Shown piece after piece: positions 27,372 to 38,800 of a DNA stretch of 64,000 nt (its first letter is position 1; every line of letters begins with the position of its first letter). Location: assembly GCA_963764165.1 (NCBI GenBank), contig CAVXRD010000002.1, positions 2,208,001 to 2,272,000 of the forward strand, written 5' to 3'. The notes under the pieces were generated by a model. It ran no database searches, was not told the origin of the DNA, and was given only the letters and a program-made list of their open reading frames with translations. The position numbers and the translations under genes are program-made. Origin of the DNA: an uncultured Verrucomicrobiae bacterium. Its GTDB lineage: Bacteria; Verrucomicrobiota; Verrucomicrobiia; Limisphaerales; Palsa-1400.

Positions 27372-27441
27372 CACCCACCCCTAAAAAAAGGGGAATGATT
27401 TAGCACGTCCGTTCCAAGGGGAATGGCGCATAAGGAATTTT

Positions 27442-28014
27442 GTGAGCAAACAAGAAGAGAAAAAGAGCGCACCGCCCGGCAAGAAAACCGGGCCAGCCAC
27501 CGCTGCGTCCATCCTTGGCCGCGGCCCTTTGCAAACCAGCCCCAATGGCAAACCGAAGATCAAATCCCAATGGAAGGAATATTACAACCACCTCTTGGAG
27601 CTTCGGGAACGCCTATCGAACCAGATGAGCGGCTTGGCCAAGGAATCTGCCGAGGAAATGTCCAATTACAGCCTGCATATGGCGGATTCGGGCACGGATA
27701 ATTTTGACCGCGACTTTGCTCTGAGCCTCCTTTCGTCCGACCAGGATGCCATTTACGAGATCGAGGAAGCACTCAAACGCATCGAAAAAGGGACTTACGG
27801 CGTTTGCGAGCTGACCGGCGAGCAGATCCCAGCACCGCGATTGGAAGCCATTCCATGGACGCGCTTCACGGTTGAGGCGCAAAGCCAGTTGGAAAAAGAA
27901 GGCGCCTTGCGCCAGCGCCGCCTCGGTCAATTGGGCACTGTCGACACCTCTGGCGGGGTCGATACGGAAGAAGATGACGAAGTAGAGGAAAAACCCGCCA
28001 AAGAGAAGGAATAA
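27442..28014 (+). CDS. TraR/DksA-family protein lacking a complete Cys4 zinc finger
   Basis: [28 protein letters not shown]...[15 protein letters not shown], with only one Cys in the finger region. Confidence 0.9.
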   Translation: MSKQEEKKSAPPGKKTGPATAASILGRGPLQTSPNGKPKIKSQWKEYYNHLLELRERLSNQMSGLAKESAEEMSNYSLHMADSGTDNFDRDFALSLLSSDQDAIYEIEEALKRIEKGTYGVCELTGEQIPAPRLEAIPWTRFTVEAQSQLEKEGALRQRRLGQLGTVDTSGGVDTEEDDEVEEKPAKEKE

Positions 28015-28015
28015 T

Positions 28016-28183
28016 ATGGCCCGCGAAATCATTACTATCGAATGCACTGAAGCGCGCAAGGAAGGCAAGTCGCCCTCCCGCTACACAACCACCCGAAACA
28101 AGAAGCTCCAGACAGAGAAGCTGGAACTCAAGAAGTACAACCCCGCGCTGCGCCGCCACACGGTGCATCGTGAAATCAAGTAG
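28016..28183 (+). CDS. rpmG: 50S ribosomal protein L33 (55 aa, absent from the ORF track)
   Basis: My translation: [55 protein letters not shown]. Confidence 0.95.
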   Translation: MAREIITIECTEARKEGKSPSRYTTTRNKKLQTEKLELKKYNPALRRHTVHREIK

Positions 28184-28188
28184 ACTTT

Positions 28189-28455
28189 ATGCCACGCAAG
28201 ACTCATCCGGAAAAACCGGCCGGCCGCGGTGGCCGCGGCACTGGCTCAGCCATGGAAGTTCGCACTCCCCGGCCCAAGCCGAAAATTGACTTCACGTTCG
28301 ACGCCCTCGATTACAAGAACGTCAATCTCCTCAAACAATTTGTGACCGACCAGGGCCGCATCCTGCCGCGCAAATACACCGGCCTCCCGGCGCATTACCA
28401 GCGGCAGCTGAATCGCTCCATCAAGCGGGCGCGTCAGATGCTTTTAATGAAGTAA
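28189..28455 (+). CDS. rpsR: 30S ribosomal protein S18
   Basis: [25 protein letters not shown]....QR.L.R.IKRAR. Confidence 0.95.
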   Translation: MPRKTHPEKPAGRGGRGTGSAMEVRTPRPKPKIDFTFDALDYKNVNLLKQFVTDQGRILPRKYTGLPAHYQRQLNRSIKRARQMLLMK

Positions 28456-29056
28456 GGGATTGGGTTCGCTCGATCCGCTGAGCCACGACGCGCTCCAATT
28501 GCGCGGCGTGAGCCTCCAGCGTGGTGTCGGTCCACACCGCAAAATCGGACCGCAACAGCTTCCGATCGATTGGCCATTGTGCCGCCACCCGCTGGCGGAT
28601 TTGGCTGTCTTCCCACCCCCGCAACCGCAGCCTGCTGGCCTGCGATGCTTCGCCGCACGCGATGCAAATAATCGCGTCAAAACGCGAGTCCGCGCCCGTC
28701 TCAAACAACAACGGAATCAAGACAGCGCCGCAGTTTTTCCCGGCCACCCGCCAGCCTTCTACGATGGCCTCCCACGCCGCGCGAATCTTCGGATGCAAGA
28801 TCGCCTCCAAAGCGACTCGGGATTGGGGATTCGCGAAGACTTCTTTCGCCAGGGCTGCGCGATTTATTTTGCCGTCCTGCAAAAAAACAGCCGAGCCAAA
28901 TCGCCGCCGAATTTCTTCGGTGGCAGACTGGCCCGGCTCGGTTAATTGTCTGGCGATGGCATCCGTGTCGATCACGGATACACCCCGTTTTTGCAGCAGC
29001 TCGCCGGCGGTGGACTTGCCCATGCCGACCCCGCCGGTGATGCCGAACAACGTCAC
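28421..29056 (-). CDS. coaE: Dephospho-CoA kinase
   Basis: [34 protein letters not shown]. The GTG start overlaps the upstream stop (GTGA). Confidence 0.93.
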   Translation of the reverse strand: MTLFGITGGVGMGKSTAGELLQKRGVSVIDTDAIARQLTEPGQSATEEIRRRFGSAVFLQDGKINRAALAKEVFANPQSRVALEAILHPKIRAAWEAIVEGWRVAGKNCGAVLIPLLFETGADSRFDAIICIACGEASQASRLRLRGWEDSQIRQRVAAQWPIDRKLLRSDFAVWTDTTLEAHAAQLERVVAQRIERTQSLTSLKASDAPA

Positions 29057-32000
29057 TGCGGCAGACGAGTGGCTCGATAGAACTTCAATGAGTTCGTCAT
29101 GGGGACCACCTGCGTGAATGATCCATTGGTTAACGATGCCTCGTTCGTGTAGAATGCAGTCCACTGCAGCAAGTTGGTGGATGATTCCAGCGCGTAGTTC
29201 TGGCCTTCTTGGCCGCGCAATGTCAATTGGAGAGTGCCGTTCGACAAGTTCGTCGCCAAAAGCTGGGCGCTCGGGCTTGTCAAAACCGTTGTCGAATTGA
29301 CCGCAGTCGCATCCGCCAGATACAGATCGGCGCTGGCTGTGCTGACGGTTGCCGCATTTTCTATCGTTCCGGGCGTGTTCGCGATGACGCGAATCGTCGC
29401 GGTGGCAATGGCGCCGTTGCTGATGCTGCCGAGATATGCCACAACAGTGCCATTCAAGTTCGAAACTGATCCTTGCGAGGCGCTGCCAGTGATGAATGTC
29501 AAGCTCGCTGGCAAGGCATCAGTGATGACAACGTTATTGGCCACGCTCGGTCCCTGATTGGAAACCGTGATTTGATAATTGAGATAATTGCCGCTATAGA
29601 CCGGATCCGGCGCGGCGATCATGCTTGCTTGCAGAAGCGCAGCGGGGTTGATGGTCTGGACGGTGGTCAAGCCCAAGCTCCATCCCTCAACAATCGCTCC
29701 GCCATTGCCTTGCGTATCGTCATAAACATAGAGCGACCAGAGGCCATTCGGACTGTATCCGTTGAACAGCGCCAAGGAAGTTCCATCCGTTGCCGCAGGC
29801 AGCCCTGGGAACAGGTCTACGGGCGCGTAATCGGTCGGAAGGTATGTGCCCGAGAGCAATTGCCCAACCGGCAGCGAAGCCGACGCAGCATCATCGAAGG
29901 TGAGGGTCAAATTCGTGGCGCCATAAGGACCCCCGGCGTGGCCCATCACGATGAGTTCTTGGCCGGACGGGCTGGCAAGCAGTGCGTTCACATCGTGCGG
30001 AAACGTATGCGCAAAACCCTTCAGCGTTACAGTCACTTTGCTAACCAAGCCAGACACATTGGTGACAAGGATGGCCGCAGGATACGGTGTGGCAGTCCCA
30101 AATTGCGGAATGATGATTTCACCGGAATTCGTAAACGAAGCGGTTGACGGCATCACGAACGCAAACGAAACCGTTCCGTAGGAATTAGAGCCGTCGTTAA
30201 GCATCAACGTGGCGGTCACGGTCGCGCCAGGCGCGCCATCCGCAACGAAGGTGAACGGCTCGGTGCCGATGCCTTGCGCGGGAATTGCGCCATAAACCTG
30301 GTTCGTCGTGATCGGCGCAATCGAATTTGACGCTAGAAGCGTCGCCATCAGATTCCGGGTTGCAACAAAACCAGAGTTGGTCAGTGTCAATGCAACAGTT
30401 ACCGGGACGTTCGAATTCACCGATCCATCGCCTTGGGACAATAACGTGGCGTCATAGGCTGAGATGACCGGGATCGCCGCGCTGGCCGTCACCACTGCCG
30501 CCGCCAGATTGTTGGATGGATTGATATCATCGGAACCAGAGATCACCGACCATGTGTTGCTGAAAGTTCCCACGTTGGTGGGAACGGCCACGATGGTAAC
30601 AGAGGCAAGGCCATTCGGAACGATTGTGCCCAGGTCACAGACAACAAATCCATTGCTGAAGCTGTTAGAGTTGACCTGCGAGGCAATTACATTGGTCAGG
30701 TTCACGCTCAAACCCGCCAATGAAAACTTGCCCACTGTGGCGACCGAGTTGCTCGGGCCCAAGTTTGTCACCGTCAGGGTATACGTGATGTTGCTGCCGA
30801 CAATGGCATTCGTTGGCGTCGCCGAGATGCCTGCGGCAAGATCCGCCAAGGGCATGCTCACCGCTGCCACGATCGAGGCGGAATTGTTGGCGAGATTGAA
30901 CGCGGCAAAGGCCACTCCTGCGTTGATGCTGTTGGTCAAGTAGCCCGCGCCAGCCGCAAGGTCAACGTTTGTAATCACCGCCCCCTGGCCGGCGCCCAGG
31001 ACACCGACGTGGTAAACGACTGTTTGGCCATTCTGAACGAAGCCGCCCAAATCGCCGGTCACAGACTCAAATGTCAAGGCGGTCGGCAGCGTGTTGGTTA
31101 TATATGCATCGACAGGCGTTATGCCCGCGTTGGTCACCGCCATGTAGTAGCTAATATAATCACCCACCACAAGCTGATTGGTTGATTGGGTGATTCCAGC
31201 CAGCAGGCTGTTGGTGGGGTTGACTGGCGTGATCGTCGTGATCGTCAACGACCACCCATTGCTAATGCCGCCAGAATCGCCCGGGGCATTATCCTGCCCG
31301 AAAAGCGACCAGGTTCCATTCGCATTCCCTCCGACAAAGTTCGTCAGGTTAGTGCCATAAGGAGCCGCACCCGCATTGACGAAGGCGTTGGTCGCATTGT
31401 AATCAGCCGGGGCATAGGTGCCGGATGTGAAGCTGCCGGAGCTTGGCAGCGCAATCGACGCCGTGGAATCAAACGTCACAGTCGTGTCGGTCATGAAGCT
31501 ATAACCCTCTGCCGCCGAATCCATCAAGACGGTGTTCGTCGAAGGTCCAGCAAGGAGCAACCCGATATCGTGCGGATAGGTGTGGCTCATGTTGGAGACG
31601 GTGACTGTCACTTTGGAAAGATACCCAGTGACGTTCGAGACAATGATGCTCGATGGGTACGGGCTGGCCGGGCCGGCATCAGGTTGCGGAACGAAATTGG
31701 TCGCCGGCAAGTAGATCGGATTCGTGTTATAGAATGTATGCACCTCCGGCAGATAGAAGGTAAACGCCGCTGTTCCCAGGCTCGTTGATCCGTCCTGAAG
31801 CGACAGCGTCGCCACCACGGTGCCTCCGTTCGTTCCGTTCGCAACGAAAGTGAAGTAGCCCGCGACTGGCGCTCCCCCGGGAACCAATGCGCCATAGGTC
31901 TGCGGATTGCCGCCGGGCAGCGTTACACCGCCTGTGGCTTGCAGCGTTGCCACAAGATTTGTCGTCGGAATGTTTCCAGCATTTTGCAGGTAGAAATTGA

Positions 32001-35000
32001 CTCCTACTTGTTCGCCGGGGTTGATCGCGCCATTCAGCGTCGGGCCGCTTTGAGACACCAGCGTGGCCGTGGCCGGAACGATCTTGACCGCCGGCACGGC
32101 GACGATGTTCGACACAATAACAACATTGTTGTTTGTGTTCGCGTCACCCGGCTGGCTGTAGACAGAGAACGTCGAAGCCATGTTAAGCGGGTTGCCTCCC
32201 GAAGCAATCACCGGCGTTTTCAGCGTGTTAGTAATGGTGCGCTGGGCTCCGTTGGCCATCGTCCCAATATTCCAAGTAATGGTGCCATTGGTCACTACCA
32301 CACCCGCTCCCACGCTGTTTGAGACGTAGGTTTCCGCATTTAATCCGGTGCCGCCGGGAATGGTCTGGGTGAATGTGACCGAGCTGGCGGTATTGGGGCC
32401 GTTGTTATAGACGGTGGCCACATAGACCGCATTGCTCCCGGCCACCACTGTGCCGGGGAAGACACCGGCCGAGACACCAACGTCCGCCGATGGGCCTACC
32501 GTGACGGTAAAGCTGGCAATATTGTTCAACGAAACGGGATCCTGCTGCGCCGCACCGACCGCGACTTGAACGGTATCCACAAAATTGCCCGTCGTCTTGG
32601 GGCTCAACGTCACGGAATAAACCGCATTTGTTCCGGGAGGAAGCGTGTTGATGTAGGCAAGCTGGCCATCAGGCGATATTGTTCCCTGGCTGGACGTCGC
32701 CGAAATGAAGGTGGCGTTCGTCGGCATGAAGTTTGTCAGCGTCACACCAGTCGCGGTCGCGGGGCCATTGTTCGTGATGACTGCGGTGAATGTGATGACT
32801 CCATTTTGCAGAACGGTGGTCGGCGTCGCCGTCATGGTCACTCCAAGATCTGCTGCGGGCAACTGGACGAAGGTCGAAGCGACGGCTGAGTTGTTGCCGG
32901 GATTTGGATCACTGCTGGTGGAGCCTACCGTGGCTTCGCTCGTCGCAAGGCCAGGATAGGTTGGGATGGTAATGACAGAAACCAACGTCGTTCCATAAAC
33001 GGGCAGCGAGCCAAGTGTCAGAGATAAGTTGGTCCCGTTCTGCACCACTTGCGCAGGGTAATTGCTGGTGGTGACAAATTGGAATCCCGGCGGCAATGCC
33101 TGCGAGATGACAATCGAAGTCGCGTCGCTGGGCCCCGCGTTGGAAACGTACATGTTGTAGACGACGTTGCTGAAGACGACGGCCGGATTTGGCTGCACTG
33201 TCATATTGAGGGACACGTCCGACCCCGGGCACTGGCCGCCGCCATCTGAGCATTCGTAGGGCGTCACGTTCACGCTCCAGCAGTTAAGCGTCGTTGGATT
33301 GCCGCTAAAGAGCTGGTTCGCCGTCAGCGTCCACGCGCCATTAAGGTTTGTTCCTATAGCCGGAAGGAAACTGGAAAGCGGCTCAAGGGGTTGATACCTT
33401 CCGACGAACGGCGCAGTGCCTGACGAAATCGAAACACTCGCCTCGTCATCAAAGGTGGTTTCATAGTTAGTTCCGCAAGCGATGCCAAAATTAGCGCCCT
33501 CGCCACCAACTGGATACGTGGTCAAAGTAACTGCGGTGCCGTTCGGGCTTGTCAAGATAAGCTCCAATCCTTCGTCGTATAAGCAGCTAATGTCGACAGA
33601 AGCGGTGATTTTGGCGGCGGAAGCCAAATTAGTCACGTATACGGTATCCTGAATCGTTCCCTGGCCGGTCAGCGAATAGGAGTTCGAACTTCCAAAGACG
33701 TTTGGCACGCCGACAATGCCGCTGGCCAGCTCAATATCGTTGGTTTGGATGGCCTCATCTGATTTCAGCAGCAGCACCAAGTCAATCGGGGTGCCGCAAA
33801 CAAAAGCCGTCTCCGTGCTGAGGGTAAACGGCGTCGTTGATCTGGCCGCCGTGTGCGGAGGCAAATCCGGAAAATTAACAGTTGATTGGCCAACGATCGC
33901 GTCAAGCGTGGTGGAATATAGGAACCCCTGGACGTGGGTGGCCGTCGCCACTCCGGCATTGGTAATCAGGAAGGTCAGGTTATTGCACTCATTGAAGTCA
34001 ATGACGCCATTGCCATTTCCGCCGGTCAGGACGTTGGTCACCACTTCCAAAACCGGTATCGCGACCGGCGGCGCCATATAATTGATAAAGTTGCTGCCTG
34101 TTGGCGTACCCCATCCCGTGCAAAGGTCGTACCCAGCAACAGCATAGAAATTGGTCGGACTATCCGGCCACGTGTTGTTACCCACTGTGATGTCGTGGAA
34201 ATAAGTCAGGTAATTTGATCCCTTGCCAATGGCGTAGACGGCAGGATTAATGAAGCCGATGGTGGGATGTCCGTATTGTGTCGCTTGCTCATTGATAACA
34301 GCCGTGTATCCGGCCCACAAGGGGGCAGCGGCGCTTGTGCCCGCGGAACTGCCATAATAGCCGTCAAAAAAAGTGGTGTAGACGTTATCCGCCGTAAGGG
34401 AAACATCAGGGCTGTTGCGATAGGTGGTTGAGCCCTGGTTTAGCGTCATGCTTATTCCCAACTGATAGCTGGGGATGTTATAAGACGTGCCAATACCGCC
34501 ACTGCTGCCCCAGTTGCTGTCCTCAACATACTCTCCCGTTCCCCAAACCGATTCCGAATTATAGCCGACTCCCAATCCATTCATAACCAGTTCCGTGCCG
34601 CCGACGAGCGTAAAGTAAGGGCTTTCTCCAGATTCCGCCCCGAAGTTGCCGGGACCCAGCGGGCCGTTGAAGGCACCCCGGTCACCGGACGCTTGGTAGA
34701 ACGAAATGCCTTGCGCCGCCATTTCTTTGAGCAGGGAATCGGTGGTGGCATCACCGCCATAGCCCCACGATGAGCTCATTTGTTTGGCCAGTCCATCCGT
34801 GGCCATGCGGCTGATCATGTCATCCGCCGGTCCGTAAGGGCTTTCATATACGTAGATCGCGGAAAGGCCAGGCGCCATCGCCATGGCCATTTCGATGTCC
34901 AGCGAGACTTCGCCCGTCCCGCCGCCGGCCGAAGCGACGCCACCGTCGATGGGCACCTTCACCACGTTTGATATCCGGCAAACCGGTCTGCTCCTCATAG

Positions 35001-35779
35001 GTGACAATGTCGCTGCTATAGTAAGTGTCAAACTCGAACAACGCGACACTCTGGCCGGCGCCCGTCAAAGTCACGCCAGGAAGATAGGCGTTGCGGAAAT
35101 CCTGGCTGACGTAGGTGCCGCCCAAGCCGGAGCCGCCAAATGGAACTGGCGTGTTTGTTCCGCCCATAGGGTTCCCCACCTTGATTGGCTTCGACATTTT
35201 CCCCAAGGGGCGTGGAATCACAAAATTATCCAAGCCCGCGATATGCAGCACCGTCAAACCCGCATCCACCGTCGGCTCCGCATCCGGCGCGAAAAACGTC
35301 CGCTTTTCCGTCGGATGAGCATATGTATGAATGTTGACGTGGAACGCCTTGCGAATTTCCGCCACAGTTGCATCCACCGAGATGACGAGCCGGTTGGGAT
35401 GCACCATCGATTCAGTCATTCCATTGGCCTTTGCGAAAGCGCGGACGGCCTCGTAGTCTGCTTTGGCCGGACCATACGATTCAGTGAAGTCTTTGACCGA
35501 CAGGTAATGATGGTAGCTGGGGCTGGCCGGGTCATAAACGTCCTGCAAAAACTTATCCAATCCAGCTTGATCTCTAAACGGCAAGCCAATGGACAAATGA
35601 AGAATGTTGGTATCCGGCAAATCTCCTACAGATGGAAGGCCAGCGGCGACGGCGGCGGGCACGTGCTTGCTCAATACACGGCCCTCAGCCGCATGAGCGG
35701 GCATCGGGGATGAAAGAAATAGAACTGCGCACAGCGTGGCCCCCGCTGCAAGTCGCATGCCCGTTTGAGGTGATTTCAT
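29053..35779 (-). CDS. Giant secreted sedolisin (S53) protease with Pro-kumamolisin domain, 3 P-domains and DUF11-like repeats; split by a 1-nt frameshift at about 34967-34969 (about 2240 aa if repaired)
   Basis: ORF 34844-35779 has the signal peptide, propeptide and SQDFRNAY. ORF 29053-35049 has EVSLD, ASGD.G, GTSAAAP and GYDLCTGWGTP. Removing one A gives GLPDI-NVVKVPIDGG. Confidence 0.85.
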
Positions 35780-35844
35780 GATTTTCCTAAATAACTTAAC
35801 TTAACTGCTTTTCTGACTCTGACTAACGCCTTGCTCAACTAAGG

Positions 35845-38800
35845 CTATTGGCTGCTTAAGCGGAAGAAATGGTATCCATTTGTTCCGGGCAAAGTAAATA
35901 CGTATTCGCCGTTCACAACCGGCGGGTTGGGAATGTCATTCCACAGGCTATTTGCTCCAACTGGCGGCAATGATACCGCTCCCTGCAATGTGTAATTGCT
36001 GGCTTGCGCGCTCCACGTCAATTGATAGGTGTTCCCCACCTGGACAACTGTGATCGAAGGCTGGTTGACTTCAATCTTCACTCCGGCAAAGTTGTTGCCC
36101 TTGAGCGGATCGTAGACTGATGAAGTGACATAGGCCTCCACCAGTTGCGTCCCCAAGGCCCATGCCGCCGCGTTGACCGTCAAAGTCTGCACCGGTGAGT
36201 TGGGGGTGAGGGTGCCGATCGTCCACTGGATCACCCCGTTGGTGTCGGTTACCGAGCCAATCGTGGCACTCAGGCTGTTCGTAATGAATCCCGCCGGCAA
36301 ATCAAGTGTAGCGATGATGCCACCGGCTTCTGACGGTCCCCCGTTGGAGACAGCGAGCGTGAACGTCACGTCCATGCCTGCGAACAGATCGTTGGGAGTC
36401 CCGATGAGAGTCATGCCAACATCGGCGCTGGCCGGGCTAACGAGATTTACAGTCGCAACGACATTGTTGGTATTCGGATCCGGTTCCGCCGCGAGAACCG
36501 AGATTGTATTCGTGATGTAGCCGAGCTCTATGGGGACAACCGTAAGCTCGAACGCCAGGCCCTGCCCTACCGCCAGCGATGGCAGGGGAACGTTGATCGC
36601 GCCATTGACCGGCGACGGGTTGCCCGAAAGGGTATTCCCGACATAAGTCGCGCCAATCGGCAGAACATCCGAAAGACTTACATTTGTCGCAATCGACGGC
36701 CCATAATTGGTAATGGCTACGTAGTAAATCAATTGGTTTCCAGACGTGGCTTGGGAAGGAGCCGTGGACACCAGCACTTCGATATCCGCATCGTTCTCCA
36801 CAGGCACGCCGGTGCTGATATTCAACACCCAGCCATTGCTGATTAATCCAGAGTCCTGATTTGCGTCATTCATCGCCCATAGCGACCAGTAACCGTTGGG
36901 GCTGTTCCCGGTAAAGGTCGACAGGTTGGCGGAGTAGGGATAGGGCGTCACGGGAGCTTCCACTGGAACTCCTGAATTGGTGGAAGCTGGCAGTTTCGGC
37001 ATCAGAATTTGGTTTGTCGTCGGGAGATTTGTCCCGGTTGTAAGCCTCGAATTGAGCGGCAAATGCGACGGCGCCGTTTGATCAAATGTGAGATTAATGT
37101 TAGAGCTGTAATAGACGCCATTAACAGTTCCGACCCCGACCTGTCCGCCAACATGCGACATAAGGATCGAGTTCGAAACCGCTGGGACCTTCAACGATGG
37201 CGTCGAAGTCTTCCGGCGAACTGTGGGCGAATCCCTCCAGTGAGACGGTAACTTTCGTAATAAATCCGGCTACGCCGGTGACATCGATGAGGGATGGATA
37301 GCCGAATCCCGGCGCGACGCCATTCGTCGCCACCGTCAGGCCGGTCGCATTTTCCGGCAGATAGATTGTATTGGTGTTCGTAAACGAATAGGTGAGCCCG
37401 CCGATTGTGAATCCGAAGGAAACGTTTCCGAGGTTCGTGTTGGCGTCATCTTTCAGTGTGAATGTGGCCGCTATGTTTTGGCCATTTGATCCGATGGCCG
37501 TAAACGTAAACGGTTCCGAGACCGTCGGGCCGTTCTGAATCAGCGTCCCGTAATTGACAGGGCCAGAGACATTGGTAATTCCGTTGGTGGCCAGCAGTGT
37601 GGCATACAGGTTCTGAGCATTGCCTCCCGCAATGTCGCGCAGGCCGAAGAGGATGGTAACCGTGTCGTTGGAGTAGATGACGCCCGTGGAAGGCAGGATG
37701 CTTCCCGTCACGAAGGCCGTTCCAGATTTGACAACATATGCGCCGTTGCACTCCTGAATGGTCAGGATGGCTGTGCTCGGCGTCAATAATTGCACTCCTG
37801 CGGCGCCAGCGATGGTCGAGGAAGCTACGGACAGATTCAATTGAACTGTATGATCCGGCCCGATGACGTGGTTGTTAATTGGCGTGACATAGAAGTAGGC
37901 AACTGTTTGGCCAGGGTTAAAGGTTAAAAGCTGGTTGGTTTCGAAGTAATTTGTGCCCGGGTATCCCGATCCATGCTCGGTCGAGGCCGTCACCGATACA
38001 GTGAGATTTGTCAATCCTGTGCGCAAGACGGGTATGACGGCCGCCGTCGCACATTCACTGACTGTGTAGGCCGAAGACGCAAAGCTAAATCCGACATAGA
38101 CATTGGTGATAGTGACCACAGTTGTGGATGGGGAAATTATATAAGAATTAGACGACGGCTGCGAGAGAACGACGCTGAATGTCTTATTGCTCTCCACCAC
38201 GTTGGGGTTCAGGATCGGTATCGTGATAGTCTCGTTTGTGACTCCGGGCAGGAATGTCAGCATCCCGTTGGTGGCGACATAATCCACTCCGGGCAGCGCA
38301 TTATCCGCCGGGCCGGTTGTCGTGGCAAAATTGACCGTCAGTGTTCCGGTGGACGCAGGGAAGCGGCTGACGTTGATGATTACGTTGCTGCCGTTTTCTC
38401 CCACAAAATATGAATTCGTCGCAAACGAGAATCCGGTCACGTCTCCAATGATTCCGACCGTGGCAACTCCAGGCACTCCGACTTGGGTGCCGGCGCTCGG
38501 GTTTTGCAGAAGCACTTGGAAGGTCAGCACCGAGCTCACATTGGTCGTCTGCAGAATTGTGACAGGGATCGTCTGAAGCATGACCCCGGGCGGGAAAACA
38601 ATCGTGCCCGAGGTCGGGACATAGTCAACATTTGGCACAGCATAGCCGTTTGTTTCAGATGCGCCGGGCGGGGAATAGGTTGTGTAGCTGATGGTGGCGG
38701 TGCCATTCGTCGGGCCCACGCGCAGGATGGAAAGGGTCGCGGAACCATTTGCCTCCGTGGTGAAATAGCTGGAGTTGCCAAACTCAAACGCAGGGATGTC

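Noticed and set aside
28421..28455. 35-bp convergent overlap of rpsR and coaE as an antisense control
   Set aside because: Short 3' overlaps of convergent genes are common and the coaE tail looks non-conserved.
34955..37190. Programmed ribosomal frameshift or SSR phase variation in the giant genes
   Set aside because: No X XXY YYZ heptamer or long homopolymer. The runs are only 3 nt, so an indel or sequencing error is more parsimonious.
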